A DNA stretch of 64,000 bases from Gemmatimonadales bacterium (GTDB lineage Bacteria > Gemmatimonadota > Gemmatimonadetes > Gemmatimonadales > GWC2-71-9): assembly GCA_039794085.1 (NCBI GenBank), contig JBDIWC010000003.1, positions 64,001 through 128,000 of the forward strand, written 5' to 3'. The position numbers were made by a program, and so were the translations under genes. Of the stretch, positions 1-11,024 are shown piece after piece (positions within the stretch are counted from its first letter, which is position 1; every line of letters starts with the position of its first letter). The notes below the pieces were generated by a model. That model was given only the letters and a program-made list of their open reading frames with translations, searched no databases and had not been told where the DNA came from.

Positions 1-656
1 CGTGGAAGCAGAAGGGAACCGGGCGGGCCCGGCAAGGGACCACGCGGGCGCCCCATTGGCGGGGCGGTGGCGTGGTGTTCGGTCCCCACCCGCGGGACTA
101 CCGGACGGGGTTGCCGAAGAAGGTGCGGCAGCTGGCGCGGAAGTCGGCGCTCAATGCCCGGGCCCGGGAGGGCGCACTGATCGTGATCGATCGCCTGGCC
201 TTCGAGAGCCCGAAGACGAGCGCATTCGCCGCCATTCTGAAGCAGCTCGGGTTGACGGGCCAGAAGGTTCTGGTCCTGACCCACGGCCAGAATCCCCAGG
301 CCTGGCTCAGCGCCCGGAACATCCCGGGGATCCGGATCATGCCCTGGAGCGATGCCGCCCCGTACGACATCATCTGGTCGTCGTCGGTTCTCGTGGAGGC
401 GGGCGCCCTCGCCGGAGGTGAGGTGATCGAGGGGACGGAGACGACAGAGGAGACGACCGCCGCGGCCCCCGCCAAGCGGAAGGCGTCGGCGCGTGCCCCG
501 AAGACGAGTGTTGGCAAGGCGGCCCCGGCGAAGAAGGCCAAGGCCGCCGCGAAGACCCCGGCCCGCAAGACGGCGGCCACCAAGGCTCCGGTGAAGAAGG
601 CGGCCACCAAGGCGGCCTCCCGGACGTCATCTGAAACCCCGAAGGGAGGGAAGTGA
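1..656 (+). CDS. rplD: 50S ribosomal protein L4 (5' truncated by window edge), with Lys/Ala-rich C-terminal tail
   Basis: Frame from nt 3 reads WKQKGTGRARQGTTRAPHWRGGGVVFGPHPRDY, the L4 signature; precedes L23. Confidence 0.97.
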   Translation, partial: WKQKGTGRARQGTTRAPHWRGGGVVFGPHPRDYRTGLPKKVRQLARKSALNARAREGALIVIDRLAFESPKTSAFAAILKQLGLTGQKVLVLTHGQNPQAWLSARNIPGIRIMPWSDAAPYDIIWSSSVLVEAGALAGGEVIEGTETTEETTAAAPAKRKASARAPKTSVGKAAPAKKAKAAAKTPARKTAATKAPVKKAATKAASRTSSETPKGGK

Positions 657-943
657 TGCCCACCCTGTACGAGACCGTGGTGCGGCCTCTCGTGACCGAG
701 AAGAGCTCCGCCGCCTACCAGAACCGCAAGGAGTACACCTTCGAGGTGCACCCGGCGGCGAGCAAGGGACAGATCCGGGAGGCGTTGCAGACGCTCTTCG
801 GGGTCACGGTCACCGATGTCCGCACCATGCAGATGCGCCGGAATGAAATTACGCGCGGACGGACCCGCGGGACCACGGCTGCCTGGAAGAAAGCCGTCGT
901 CACGCTCAAGGACGGCGACTCCATCGCCGTGTTCGAGGGCTGA
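656..943 (+). CDS. rplW: 50S ribosomal protein L23
   Basis: RPLVTEKS...YTFEV...WKKAVVTL; S10 operon order. Confidence 0.97.
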   Translation: MPTLYETVVRPLVTEKSSAAYQNRKEYTFEVHPAASKGQIREALQTLFGVTVTDVRTMQMRRNEITRGRTRGTTAAWKKAVVTLKDGDSIAVFEG

Positions 944-945
944 TC

Positions 946-1785
946 ATGAGCATTCGACAGTTTCGCCCCATGACCGCGGCCACCCGGTTCAAGTCGGTGT
1001 CCGGATTCGACGAGATCACCCGGGGGACACCCGAGAAGTCGCTGGTGGAGCCCCTCACGAAGTCGGGGGGACGCAACAACCTCGGCCACCTCACTCTGCG
1101 CCACCGGGGCGGCGGGCACAAGCGCCAGTACCGGGTGATCGACTTCAAGCGCAACAAGATCGGCGTACCGGCCCGGGTGGCGGAAATCGAGTACGACCCG
1201 AACCGCAGCGCGCGGATCGCCCTGCTGGTCTACGCCGACGGGGAGAAGCGCTACATTCTCCATCCGGCGGGGCTGAAGCAGGGGGACACGGTGATCGCGG
1301 GCCCCGGCAGCGAACCCCGCACCGGGAATGCGCTTCCGCTCGGGGAAGTACCCCTCGGCATGTCGGTGCACAACATCGAGCTCAAGATTGGCAAGGGCGG
1401 TCAGATGGCCCGGAGCGCCGGATCCCACGCGCAGGTCGTGGCTCGAGAGGGCGATTACGTGACGCTCCGGATGCGGTCGAGCGAAATGCGCCTCGTGCAT
1501 CAGCGGTGCATGGCCACCATGGGCGAGGTGGGCAACGCGGACCATGAGCTGCTCTCGGTGGGCAAGGCGGGCAAGACGCGGTGGTTGGGGCGTCGTCCGA
1601 AGGTCCGCGGAGTGGCGATGAACCCGGTGGACCATCCGCTGGGTGGAGGCGAGGGCAAGACCTCCGGGGGGCGGCCGCCGGTGTCGCCGTGGGGCCTGGT
1701 GGAAGGCAAGAAGACCCGGAAGCGGAAAAAGGGCTCGAACAGACACATCGTGCGCGGCCGCAAGCGCGGGAAGGCGACCAAGTAA
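946..1785 (+). CDS. rplB: 50S ribosomal protein L2
   Basis: [34 protein letters not shown] motifs. Confidence 0.99.
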   Translation: MSIRQFRPMTAATRFKSVSGFDEITRGTPEKSLVEPLTKSGGRNNLGHLTLRHRGGGHKRQYRVIDFKRNKIGVPARVAEIEYDPNRSARIALLVYADGEKRYILHPAGLKQGDTVIAGPGSEPRTGNALPLGEVPLGMSVHNIELKIGKGGQMARSAGSHAQVVAREGDYVTLRMRSSEMRLVHQRCMATMGEVGNADHELLSVGKAGKTRWLGRRPKVRGVAMNPVDHPLGGGEGKTSGGRPPVSPWGLVEGKKTRKRKKGSNRHIVRGRKRGKATK

Positions 1786-2072
1786 TGGGACGCAGCATCA
1801 AGAAGGGCCCGTTCGTGCAGGAGGCGTTGCTGCTCAAGGTGAGCGCCATGACTGCCAGGAACGAGAAGAAGCCCATCAAGACGTGGAGCCGGGCGAGCAC
1901 CATCCTCCCGGAGTTCGTCGGGCACACCTTTGCCGTGCACAACGGCAACAAGTTCATTCCCGTGTACTGCACGGAGAATATGGTGGGGCACAAGCTTGGA
2001 GAGTTTGCCCCGACCCGCCTGTTCCGCGGACATAGCGGCAAGCTGGTGGACAAGAAGGCGAAGCCGGAGTGA
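1785..2072 (+). CDS. rpsS: 30S ribosomal protein S19
   Basis: [11 protein letters not shown]...KTWSRASTI...[16 protein letters not shown] overlaps rplB stop. Confidence 0.98.
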   Translation: MGRSIKKGPFVQEALLLKVSAMTARNEKKPIKTWSRASTILPEFVGHTFAVHNGNKFIPVYCTENMVGHKLGEFAPTRLFRGHSGKLVDKKAKPE

Positions 2073-2074
2073 TC

Positions 2075-2431
2075 ATGCACGGACATGCGATTCAACGCAC
2101 GGTGCGGCAGTCGCCGCGGAAGATGCGGCTCGTGATCGACCTGATCCGGGGCCGGGATGTGAATGAGGCCTACGCGATCCTGAAGTTCAACAAGAAGCAC
2201 GCGGCCAGGCAGATCGCCAAGACGCTGCGGTCCGCGGTGGCGAACGCCGAGCAGCATGCCCTGCGGGACAATGAACCGTTTGACGCCGACCGGCTCCTGG
2301 TGTCCAAGGCGATCGTGAACGCGGGACAGACCCTCGGTCGTTTTCACGCCGCCGCGCAGGGGCGCGCCACGCCGATCCGGAAGCGGACGAGCCACGTGGA
2401 GATTCACGTGGCGAGCAAGGAGACTGCCTGA
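2075..2431 (+). CDS. rplV: 50S ribosomal protein L22
   Basis: [14 protein letters not shown]...SAVANA...[12 protein letters not shown]. Confidence 0.97.
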   Translation: MHGHAIQRTVRQSPRKMRLVIDLIRGRDVNEAYAILKFNKKHAARQIAKTLRSAVANAEQHALRDNEPFDADRLLVSKAIVNAGQTLGRFHAAAQGRATPIRKRTSHVEIHVASKETA

Positions 2432-3090
2432 TGGGCCAGAAGACACATCCGATCGGATTCCGCCTCGGGATCGTGAAGCCGTGGACCTCGCGCTGGTTCG
2501 GCGGGCGGGACATGCCGGCGATGCTGAAGGAAGACGAGCTGATCCGGCGGTATCTGATGACCCGGCTCGGTCACGCGGCGATCGCCGAGATCCACATCGA
2601 GCGCCGGCCCGGCAAGGTCACCGTGACGGTGCACACCGGGCGCCCCGGGGTGGTGATCGGGAAGAAGGGCGCGGAGGTGGACAAGCTGCGGGACGAGCTG
2701 GCCCAGCTCACGGGAAAGGACGCGGCGATCAACGTCGAGGAGATCAAGCGACCCGAGACCTCGGCCCAGCTGGTCGCGGACAACATCGCCCATCAACTGA
2801 AGCAGCGGATCTCCTTCCGCCGTGCCATGAAGCGGGCGTTGCAGGCCGCCATGCGGATGGGAGCCCAGGGGATCAAGGTGCGGGTGTCGGGACGGCTGGG
2901 GGGAGCGGAGATCGCCCGGACCGAGGGGTATCACGAGGGCCGGGTGCCGCTGCACACGCTGCGGGCGGACATCGATTATGCCACGGCCACGGCTCGGACG
3001 ACCTACGGGGCGATCGGGATCAAGGTCTGGATCTTCAAGGGTGAGGTGGTCGAGGATGTGACCGGACGCACCTACAGTACGGGAGCCTGA
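2431..3090 (+). CDS. rpsC: 30S ribosomal protein S3
   Basis: [37 protein letters not shown]. Confidence 0.99.
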   Translation: MGQKTHPIGFRLGIVKPWTSRWFGGRDMPAMLKEDELIRRYLMTRLGHAAIAEIHIERRPGKVTVTVHTGRPGVVIGKKGAEVDKLRDELAQLTGKDAAINVEEIKRPETSAQLVADNIAHQLKQRISFRRAMKRALQAAMRMGAQGIKVRVSGRLGGAEIARTEGYHEGRVPLHTLRADIDYATATARTTYGAIGIKVWIFKGEVVEDVTGRTYSTGA

Positions 3091-3094
3091 GATC

Positions 3095-3508
<414 letters not shown>

Positions 3509-3509
3509 C

Positions 3510-3710
3510 ATGCGTGCGAGTGAACTGGCCGATCTGTCGGTCGAGGAACTGGAGGGCAAGCTAGCCGAGCTGACCGAGGAGCGTTTCCGGCTCCGGTTCC
3601 GCTCCGCCACCGAGGCGATCGAGAACCCGATCCGGTTCCGGCTGATGCGCCGGGACATCGCCCGGATCAAGACCATTCTGCGCGCCCGAAGCGCGTCAGG
3701 GCAGGAGTGA
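3510..3710 (+). CDS. rpmC: 50S ribosomal protein L29
   Basis: MRASEL...ERFRLRF...RRDIARIKT; operon position. Confidence 0.95.
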   Translation: MRASELADLSVEELEGKLAELTEERFRLRFRSATEAIENPIRFRLMRRDIARIKTILRARSASGQE

Positions 3711-3715
3711 GACCG

Positions 3716-3991
3716 ATGAGTGACACACAGCCCTCCGCCGCGCCGCGCCGGACGCGCAAGGTCCGGACCGGGGTCGTCACGAGCGACAAGATGACGCGCA
3801 CCGTGACGGTGGAACTGGAACGACAGTTTGCGCATCCCGTCTACGGGAAGCAGGTGCTGCGCACGACCCGGCTCAAGGCGCGGGACGACGTGGGCGCCAA
3901 GGTGGGGGACACCGTGACGATCATGGAGACCCGGCCGATCGCGAAGACCGTCTGCTGGCGGGTCCTCGAGATCGTCAAGCGGGCCAAGTAG
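3716..3991 (+). CDS. rpsQ: 30S ribosomal protein S17
   Basis: [13 protein letters not shown]...HPVYGK...[14 protein letters not shown]. Confidence 0.97.
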   Translation: MSDTQPSAAPRRTRKVRTGVVTSDKMTRTVTVELERQFAHPVYGKQVLRTTRLKARDDVGAKVGDTVTIMETRPIAKTVCWRVLEIVKRAK

Positions 3992-4019
3992 GCCGGACCG
4001 GCACCGACAGGAGCGGGAC

Positions 4020-4388
4020 ATGGTACAACAGGAAACGATCCTCCGCATCGCGGACAACTCAGGCGCTCGCAAGGCGCTGGTGATCCGGGTGCTGGGGGGC
4101 AGCAAGCGCCGGTATGCCGGTCTGGGCGACCGGGTTGTCGTGGCCATCAAGGACGCGATCCCGACCGGACAGGTCAAGAAGGGGGAGGTGGCCAAGGCGG
4201 TCATCGTGCGCACCGTGAAGGAGACCCGCCGCAAGGACGGCTCCTACATCCGGTTCGACGAGAACGCCGCGGTCCTGATCACCGACAATGGCGAGCCTCG
4301 GGCCACCCGCATCTTCGGTCCCGTGGCGCGCGAACTGCGCGACAAGCGATACATGAAGATCGTGTCCCTGGCGCCCGAGGTACTCTGA
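4020..4388 (+). CDS. rplN: 50S ribosomal protein L14
   Basis: [34 protein letters not shown]. Confidence 0.99.
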   Translation: MVQQETILRIADNSGARKALVIRVLGGSKRRYAGLGDRVVVAIKDAIPTGQVKKGEVAKAVIVRTVKETRRKDGSYIRFDENAAVLITDNGEPRATRIFGPVARELRDKRYMKIVSLAPEVL

Positions 4389-4390
4389 TC

Positions 4391-4771
4391 ATGAAACCAT
4401 TGGTTCACAAGAAGTCGAAGCGCATCCGGTCGGCGCGGCCGGTTCGGGTCCGGATGCCGATCACCAAGGGAGACACCGTGCAGGTGATCTCCGGGGATGA
4501 CAAGGGCAAGCAGGCCCGGGTGCTGCGGGTGCACCTGAAGACCGGACGGGTCACCCTGGAAGGGGTGAACGTGGTGAAGCGCCACCGGCGGGCCACCGAG
4601 ACCACCGAGGCCGGCATCGTGGAGTTCCCGGCCCCGATTCACCACTCCAAGGTGATGCTGCTGGATCCGGCGTCCGGCGCCCCGACGCGGGTACGCCGCC
4701 GGCAGGACCAGGACGGAACCGTCGAACGGATCGCCGTCAAGAGTGGACAACCGATTCCGAGGACGCGGTAA
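4391..4771 (+). CDS. rplX: 50S ribosomal protein L24
   Basis: KOW motif [27 protein letters not shown]; start could be the later ATG near 4454. Confidence 0.95.
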   Translation: MKPLVHKKSKRIRSARPVRVRMPITKGDTVQVISGDDKGKQARVLRVHLKTGRVTLEGVNVVKRHRRATETTEAGIVEFPAPIHHSKVMLLDPASGAPTRVRRRQDQDGTVERIAVKSGQPIPRTR

Positions 4772-4773
4772 TC

Positions 4774-5448
4774 ATGGCTCAGCAGAAGCAGGCCAAGCCG
4801 CCCGCCAAGGGCGCCCCTCCGGCGGCGAGCAAGAAGGAGAAGCTCTCCGTGGGGGATACTGATCCGGCGCCCAAGGTGAGCGACGGCATCCCGCGGCTCC
4901 AGACCCGGTATCTGGAGTCGATCCGGCCGCGTCTGGCCAAGGAGTTCGGGTTTGCCAATCCGAACCAGATCCCCCGGATCAGCAAGATCGTGCTGAACGT
5001 CGGGGTGGGCGACGCGAACAAGAACCCGAAGCAGCTCGAGGCGGTCGTGCGGGAGCTGGCCCAGGTCACCGGGCAACGGCCCGTGGTGACGCGCGCCAAG
5101 AAGTCGATTGCGAACTTCAACCTGCGGGCCGGAATGCCGGTGGGGGCGTCGGTGACGCTCCGGGGTCCGCGGATGTACGAGTTCCTGGACCGGTTCATCA
5201 CCCTGGCCCTGCCGCGGGTGCGGGACTTCCGGGGCCTGCCGGAACGGAGCTTTGATGGCCGGGGGAACTACACCTTCGGGATCAAGGAACAACTGATTTT
5301 TCCCGAGATCGACTACGACAAGGTCGAGAAGATCCACGGGATGGACATTACCATCGTGACCACCGCCCAGCGAGACGACCTTGCCATGGCGCTTTTGCGG
5401 GAGTTCGGGTGGCCGTTCCGGGGGGAAACCCCGCTGCAAGTCGCATAA
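4774..5448 (+). CDS. rplE: 50S ribosomal protein L5
   Basis: [39 protein letters not shown]. Confidence 0.98.
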   Translation: MAQQKQAKPPAKGAPPAASKKEKLSVGDTDPAPKVSDGIPRLQTRYLESIRPRLAKEFGFANPNQIPRISKIVLNVGVGDANKNPKQLEAVVRELAQVTGQRPVVTRAKKSIANFNLRAGMPVGASVTLRGPRMYEFLDRFITLALPRVRDFRGLPERSFDGRGNYTFGIKEQLIFPEIDYDKVEKIHGMDITIVTTAQRDDLAMALLREFGWPFRGETPLQVA

Positions 5449-5466
5449 GGGCGAGGAGAAAGACCC

Positions 5467-5652
5467 ATGGCCAAGACCTGCTGGATCGAGCGTGCCAAGC
5501 GGCCGCCGAAGTTCAAGAGCCGAGTCGTGCGCCGCTGTCAGCGGTGTGGACGCGTCCGCGCGGTGCTGCGCCGGTTTGGCCTCTGCCGCATCTGTTTTCG
5601 TGAGCTCGCGCTCCGGGGGGAAATCCCGGGCGTGCGCAAGGCCAGTTGGTAG
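5467..5652 (+). CDS. rpsN: 30S ribosomal protein S14, zinc-binding (type Z) form
   Basis: 61 aa with CQRC and CRIC pairs, ends GVRKASW. Confidence 0.97.
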   Translation: MAKTCWIERAKRPPKFKSRVVRRCQRCGRVRAVLRRFGLCRICFRELALRGEIPGVRKASW

Positions 5653-5667
5653 GAGGAAGGGCCCAGG

Positions 5668-6063
5668 ATGAGCATGACTGACCCCATCGCGGATATGCTG
5701 ACCCGCATCCGCAACGCTTGCAGTGCCGGGCACCGGCGCGTCGACATTCCCGCCTCGAAGTTCAAGGCGGAGGTGGCGCGGCTGCTGCGCGACAATCACT
5801 ATATCGCCGACTACAAGATGCTGGACGGCGATGGACGCGGTGTGCTCCGGCTGTATCTCCGGTACCACAACGAGCTTCCCGTGATCCGGGAGGTCCAACG
5901 CGTCTCGTCTCCCGGCCTTCGGCGGTTCGTCCGGTGCCGGGACATTCCGCGGGTGCGGAACGGACTCGGGATGGCGATCGTGTCGACCCCCAAGGGGTTG
6001 ATGTCCGATCGAGACGCCCGGAGCGCCAACCTTGGCGGCGAACTTGTCGCCGTGATCTGGTAG
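5668..6063 (+). CDS. rpsH: 30S ribosomal protein S8
   Basis: MTDPIADMLTRIRNA, RVSSPGLR, IVSTPKG, GGEL. Confidence 0.98.
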   Translation: MSMTDPIADMLTRIRNACSAGHRRVDIPASKFKAEVARLLRDNHYIADYKMLDGDGRGVLRLYLRYHNELPVIREVQRVSSPGLRRFVRCRDIPRVRNGLGMAIVSTPKGLMSDRDARSANLGGELVAVIW

Positions 6064-6073
6064 GAGGACGTCC

Positions 6074-6613
6074 ATGTCCCGTATCGGCAAGAAGCCCGTC
6101 CCCATTCCGGGGGGAGTGACGATCACACTCCAGGGGAACCACATTGCGGTCAAGGGGCCCAGGGGCGAACTCGCCCGGAGCCTCCCGGGCGACATGCGGG
6201 TGGCCCACGAGGGTGATACCATCGTCGTGACCCGTCCGGGGGATGAACCCCGGCACAAGGCCCTGCACGGTCTGACCCGCACCCTGGTGGCCAACATGGT
6301 CGAGGGGGTGTCCCAGGGGTTTGAGAAGGTCCTGGAGATCCAGGGTGTCGGGTACAAGGCCGAGCCCACGGCCACGGGAGTGAAGATGGTGGTCGGGTAC
6401 TCCCACCCGGTGGAGTTCGCCGCCCCCCCCGGGATCACCCTGACCGTCGAGAGCAACACGGTCGTGAAGGTGTCGGGAGCGAACAAGGAAATGGTGGGCC
6501 AGGTGGCCGCCGAACTTCGGGGGGTCCGGCCTCCCGAGCCCTACAAGGGCAAGGGCGTCCGGTATCGGGGTGAACAGGTGCGCCGCAAGGCCGGCAAGAC
6601 AGGAGCGAAGTAA
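6074..6613 (+). CDS. rplF: 50S ribosomal protein L6
   Basis: MSRIGKKPV, RPPEPYKGKGVRY. Confidence 0.99.
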   Translation: MSRIGKKPVPIPGGVTITLQGNHIAVKGPRGELARSLPGDMRVAHEGDTIVVTRPGDEPRHKALHGLTRTLVANMVEGVSQGFEKVLEIQGVGYKAEPTATGVKMVVGYSHPVEFAAPPGITLTVESNTVVKVSGANKEMVGQVAAELRGVRPPEPYKGKGVRYRGEQVRRKAGKTGAK

Positions 6614-6985
6614 ATGCGTCCCATTCATGCGCCGAAGACTCGCGAAGAACGCCGGTACTGGCGCCACCTTCGGGTCCGGAAAAGGCTGTCGGGCACGGCG
6701 GACCGGCCCCGGCTCGTGGTGTTCCGTTCGCTCAAGCATATCTATGCACAGCTCGTCGACGACAATCGCGGCGTGACCCTCCTGGGGGTGAGCGACCTGA
6801 GCGAGGGTTTGCGGGCCGACGGCCCCGGAAAGACCGCCCGGAGTCGCGCAGCGGGCAAGTTGCTCGCGGAGCGGGCTCTCGCGGCCGGCGTGACGCGGGT
6901 GGTTTTCGATCGTGCGGGTTATCGCTACCATGGTCGGGTGCAGGCTGTTGCCGACGGCGCCCGTGAAGGGGGATTGGAGTTCTGA
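6614..6985 (+). CDS. rplR: 50S ribosomal protein L18
   Basis: [38 protein letters not shown]. Confidence 0.98.
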   Translation: MRPIHAPKTREERRYWRHLRVRKRLSGTADRPRLVVFRSLKHIYAQLVDDNRGVTLLGVSDLSEGLRADGPGKTARSRAAGKLLAERALAAGVTRVVFDRAGYRYHGRVQAVADGAREGGLEF

Positions 6986-7611
6986 TGAGCGAATCGACAA
7001 CGGACACCCAGCAGCCCGGAACCGGAGCGGGCGGTCCTCGTGGTCGCGGTCGCGGCCGGGGCGGTGAACGTCCCTCCCGGGATCGGGGCCCCCGCCGGGA
7101 CCGCACCGAGGCGCAGAGCGACCTGATCGAAAAGGTGATTGACATCAACCGCGTGGCCAAGGTGGTCAAGGGCGGCCGCCGATTCTCCTTCAATGCGCTG
7201 GTCGCAGTGGGAGACGGGCGGGGACGGGTCGGCATCGCCACCGGCAAGGCGAACGAGGTGTCCGAAGCGGTGCGCAAGGCCGTCGAGGCGGCCAAGCGCA
7301 CGATGGCCGACGTGCCCCGAACCGGAAGCACGATCCCGCACGAGATCGTGGGGCATCACGGCGCAGGGCGGGTGCTTCTCAAACCGGCCGCCGCGGGAAC
7401 CGGCGTCATCGCCGGAGGACCGGTGCGCGCCGTGCTCGAGTGCGTCGGGATCACTGACATTCTGACCAAGTCTCTCGGGTCGACGAATCCGCACAACATG
7501 GTGCGGGCCACCGTGGCCGGCCTTCGCGATCTCGTCTCCGTGGAACAGGTGGCACGCGAACGCGGGGTCGATGTGGCGGCCCTCGGATATCGCGCCCGGC
7601 AGGGAGAGTGA
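6985..7611 (+). CDS. rpsE: 30S ribosomal protein S5
   Basis: [34 protein letters not shown]. Confidence 0.98.
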   Translation: MSESTTDTQQPGTGAGGPRGRGRGRGGERPSRDRGPRRDRTEAQSDLIEKVIDINRVAKVVKGGRRFSFNALVAVGDGRGRVGIATGKANEVSEAVRKAVEAAKRTMADVPRTGSTIPHEIVGHHGAGRVLLKPAAAGTGVIAGGPVRAVLECVGITDILTKSLGSTNPHNMVRATVAGLRDLVSVEQVARERGVDVAALGYRARQGE

Positions 7612-7612
7612 C

Positions 7613-7831
7613 ATGACCAAGACCAGGACCAAGGCGCCGACCACGGGTCGGCTCGCCGTGAAGCAAGTGCGATCGGGGATCGGACACGCGGACACGTTCC
7701 GCCGGACCCTGCGGTCGATTGGGCTCCGCCATCACCAGCACGCGATCGTGGTGGCGGACACGCCCGCCATTCGGGGAATGTTGTACAAGGTGCGGCACCT
7801 CGTTGAGGTGACCCCAGTGCAGGAGGCCTAG
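7613..7831 (+). CDS. rpmD: 50S ribosomal protein L30
   Basis: VKQVRSGIG...LGL-like IGLR...[16 protein letters not shown]. Confidence 0.95.
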   Translation: MTKTRTKAPTTGRLAVKQVRSGIGHADTFRRTLRSIGLRHHQHAIVVADTPAIRGMLYKVRHLVEVTPVQEA

Positions 7832-8295
7832 TGGCTGATCAAACGAAGTCGCCCGACAAGATCACCCTGTCCAGTCTGCGGCCGGCGCCGGGGTCTACCC
7901 GGTCGCGCCGCCGCGTCGGACGCGGTCCCGGTAGCGGCATGGGCAAGACCGCCGGCAAGGGGCACAAGGGGCACAAGGCCCGGACCGGCGGACAGACCAA
8001 TCCGGGGTTCGAAGGGGGCCAGATGCCGATGTACCGGCGCCTGCCCAAGCGGGGGTTCACCAATCCGTTCAAGGTGACCTTCCAGACGGTGAACCTGCAC
8101 CAGCTCCAGCGGGTCGACGGAACGGAGATCACTCCGGCTGCGCTGGCCGCGGCTCACCTCGTCGCGCGTCCGTCCGACCCCGTCAAGCTTCTGGGAACGG
8201 GCGAGGCCGCCCGGGCGTACACCGTCTCGGGTGTGGTGTGCTCCGCCGCGGCTCGGGCCAAGATCGAGGCCGCAGGCGGCCGCGTCGAGGCGTAG
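7831..8295 (+). CDS. rplO: 50S ribosomal protein L15
   Basis: [36 protein letters not shown]. Confidence 0.98.
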   Translation: MADQTKSPDKITLSSLRPAPGSTRSRRRVGRGPGSGMGKTAGKGHKGHKARTGGQTNPGFEGGQMPMYRRLPKRGFTNPFKVTFQTVNLHQLQRVDGTEITPAALAAAHLVARPSDPVKLLGTGEAARAYTVSGVVCSAAARAKIEAAGGRVEA

Positions 8296-9606
8296 GTGAC
8301 AGCGCCACGGGTTCCCGGCCTCGGGATTGATGAGGAACTGAAGAACAAGATCCTCTTCACGCTGCTCTGCATTCTGATCTACCGGGTCGGCGCGCACATC
8401 GCCGCCCCGGGCGTCAACGTGCCCGCCCTGGCGGCGTTCATCCAGAACTCCGCCGCGTCCGGCTTCTTCGCCCTCTATGACACCCTGGGGGGCGGACTCT
8501 CCCGCGCCACGGTGTTCGCGCTGGGCATCATGCCGTACATCTCGGCGTCCATCATCTTCCAGTTGGCCGGCGGAATGGTGCCGACGGTCAGCAAGATGCA
8601 GAAGGACGAGGAGGGGCGGAAGAAGCTCACCCAGTGGACCCGCTACGTCGCGATCTTCATCTCGCTCTCCCAGGCCTACACCTTCACGCTCTTCACCGAG
8701 GGGATTCCCGGGGCGATCCCGAATCCCGGGTTCGCGTCGCGGCTGATCATGGTGGTCACACTGACCGCGGGTGCCGTGTTCGTGATGTGGCTCGGCGAAC
8801 AGATCACCGAACGCGGGATTGGAAACGGGATGAGTCTCCTCATCACCGTGTCGATCCTGGAGCGGATGTGGCCGGGTACCCTGCAGCTTCTCGGATACCT
8901 GCGCGACGGTGTCGTTTCCGTGCCGGGAGGAATCCTGTTCGTGGCGGTTCTGGTGGCATCCATGGCGGCCGTGACCGGCATGACGATCGCCTCGCGACGC
9001 ATCCCGATTCAAATACCCCGCAAGGTGATGGGACGGGGACGCATCCGGGAGGGGCAGAAGACCTTCATCCCGATCCGGCTGATCACCGCCGGCGTGATGC
9101 CGATCATCTTTGCCCAGACGATCATCATCGTCCCCAGTACCCTGGCCACCTTCACCCGGAACCAGATCCTGACCGACATCGCGGGATTCTTCGTGCCGGG
9201 CGGACTGTGGTACAACCTCGTCTTCATGGTGATGATCGTCCTCTTCAGCTACTTCTACACCTCCATCATCTTCAACTCGGTGGACCTGTCGGAAAATCTG
9301 AAGAAGCAGGGCGGATTCATCCCCGGGGTGAAGCCGGGCGCGGCCACGGCGGACTACATCGACGGCGTGCTGGCCCGTGTCACTCTCCCCGGATCCCTGT
9401 TCCTGGCCGTGATTGCGGTGTTCCCGATCCTGGTGTCACAGCAGGTGAACATCCAGACCCAGTTCGGCGGGACGTCGATCCTGATCGTGGTGGGCGTGCT
9501 GCTCGACACCATCGCTCAGATCGAGCAACACCGGACCCTGCGGAAGTACGACAGCTTCATGAAGACGGGGCGGGTCAAGTTTCGGGGTCGCCAGCGCTTC
9601 ATCTGA
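8296..9606 (+). CDS. secY: Preprotein translocase subunit SecY
   Basis: ALGIMPYISASII, WLGEQITERGIGNG, FIPGVKPG, GGTSILIVVGV. Confidence 0.98.
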   Translation: MTAPRVPGLGIDEELKNKILFTLLCILIYRVGAHIAAPGVNVPALAAFIQNSAASGFFALYDTLGGGLSRATVFALGIMPYISASIIFQLAGGMVPTVSKMQKDEEGRKKLTQWTRYVAIFISLSQAYTFTLFTEGIPGAIPNPGFASRLIMVVTLTAGAVFVMWLGEQITERGIGNGMSLLITVSILERMWPGTLQLLGYLRDGVVSVPGGILFVAVLVASMAAVTGMTIASRRIPIQIPRKVMGRGRIREGQKTFIPIRLITAGVMPIIFAQTIIIVPSTLATFTRNQILTDIAGFFVPGGLWYNLVFMVMIVLFSYFYTSIIFNSVDLSENLKKQGGFIPGVKPGAATADYIDGVLARVTLPGSLFLAVIAVFPILVSQQVNIQTQFGGTSILIVVGVLLDTIAQIEQHRTLRKYDSFMKTGRVKFRGRQRFI

Positions 9607-9625
9607 CGGGTCCCGAGGAATCAAC

Positions 9626-9672
9626 GGGCGGTGGATGGGATGGTCGCTCGGCGACGCCCCCATCCACCGCCC
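9626..9672 (+). other. Strong intercistronic hairpin between secY and adk
   Basis: GGGCGGTGGATGGG pairs with CCCATCCACCGCCC (14 bp) around an inner GTCGC-TCG-GCGAC hairpin; no U-tract. Confidence 0.55.
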
Positions 9673-9697
9673 CTGTGCGTTTGAGAGGATGGACATC

Positions 9698-10261
9698 GTG
9701 GACATTCTGCTGCTGGGCCCTCCCGGGGCCGGAAAGGGCACCCAGGGCGCCCTCCTGTCCCGGACACTCGGTCTCCCGAAGTTTGCCACCGGCGACCTGC
9801 TTCGGGACGCGGTGCGGCGGGAGACCCCGTTGGGGCGCCAGGCGAAGTCGATCATGGAGGCGGGGCACCTGGTCAGCGATGACGTCATTCTCGGCGTCGT
9901 GCGCGAGGAGATGGCCAAGCCCGAGGCACAGGGAGGGGTGATCTTCGACGGGGTGGTGCGGACCATTCCCCAGGCGGAAGGGGTGCGCGACATTCTCGCC
10001 GAGCGGGGCCGCGCGATGGACGCGGTTCTCTTCCTCGACGTGTCCGATGAGGACATCCTGGCCCGACTGCAGCACCGGAGGTCGGTGGAGCAGCGCGCCG
10101 ATGATGATCCCGCGGCCGTGGCCCGCCGGCTGGCCGCCTACCGGGAGCAGACGGCCCCGGTGCTGGAGTGGTACGAGGACCGTGGCCCGGTTCACCGCAT
10201 TGCCGGTGGCGACACCATTGAACGGATCCAGGAACGGATGCTCCATGCCCTCGGCCACTGA
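9698..10261 (+). CDS. adk: Adenylate kinase (short-LID type)
   Basis: GPPGAGKGT P-loop, TGDLLR, RADD; start (GTG 9698 or ATG 9689) uncertain. Confidence 0.93.
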   Translation: MDILLLGPPGAGKGTQGALLSRTLGLPKFATGDLLRDAVRRETPLGRQAKSIMEAGHLVSDDVILGVVREEMAKPEAQGGVIFDGVVRTIPQAEGVRDILAERGRAMDAVLFLDVSDEDILARLQHRRSVEQRADDDPAAVARRLAAYREQTAPVLEWYEDRGPVHRIAGGDTIERIQERMLHALGH

Positions 10262-10265
10262 CCGG

Positions 10266-11024
10266 ATGATCACCCTCAAGTCGGGGAGGGAGATCGAGAT
10301 CATGGCCCGGGCCGGGGCGATCGTGGCCGGGACCCTGGCCCACATGCGGGACATCTGCGCCCCGGGACTCTCGACCGAGGACCTCGACCGGGCGGCCGAG
10401 ACCTTCATCCGGAGTCATCCGGGGGCCACGCCGAGCTTCAAGGGTCTCTACGGGTTCCCCAAGACCCTCTGCACCTCCATCAATGACGAGATCGTCCACG
10501 GGATCCCCTCCCGGAAGCGAGTGCTCCGGGAGGGCGACATTGTCAGCGTGGACGCCGGTGTCCACCTCGACGGACTGCACGCCGACAGCGCCACCACGAT
10601 CCCCGTGGGCACCATCAGTCGGGAGGCCCAGCGGCTTCTCGCGGCGACCGAGGCCTCCCTCTATTGCGGGATTGACGCAGCCCAGGCGGGCCACCATGTG
10701 GGGGACATCGGCCACGCCGTGCAGCAGCGGGCCGAGGCGGAGGGATTCGGCGTGGTGCGGGAACTGGTGGGCCACGGGATCGGCGCCCGGTTCCACGAGG
10801 AGCCCCAGGTGCCGAATCATGGTCGGCCGGGGCGTGGTCCCCGACTTCAGGTGGGCATGACGATCGCGATCGAGCCGATGATCACGATGGGGAGCTTCAC
10901 CACGCGCACCCTCAAGGATCGCTGGACGGTCTGCACCAGCGATGGGTCCCTGTCAGCGCACTTCGAGCATACGGTGGCCATCACCGCCGAGGGGCCGCGG
11001 ATCCTGACCCGCCTCCCGGAGTAG
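10266..11024 (+). CDS. map: Type I methionine aminopeptidase
   Basis: CTSINDEIVHGIP, GHGIG.RFHEEP, AIEPM, SAHFEHTV. Confidence 0.97.
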   Translation: MITLKSGREIEIMARAGAIVAGTLAHMRDICAPGLSTEDLDRAAETFIRSHPGATPSFKGLYGFPKTLCTSINDEIVHGIPSRKRVLREGDIVSVDAGVHLDGLHADSATTIPVGTISREAQRLLAATEASLYCGIDAAQAGHHVGDIGHAVQQRAEAEGFGVVRELVGHGIGARFHEEPQVPNHGRPGRGPRLQVGMTIAIEPMITMGSFTTRTLKDRWTVCTSDGSLSAHFEHTVAITAEGPRILTRLPE

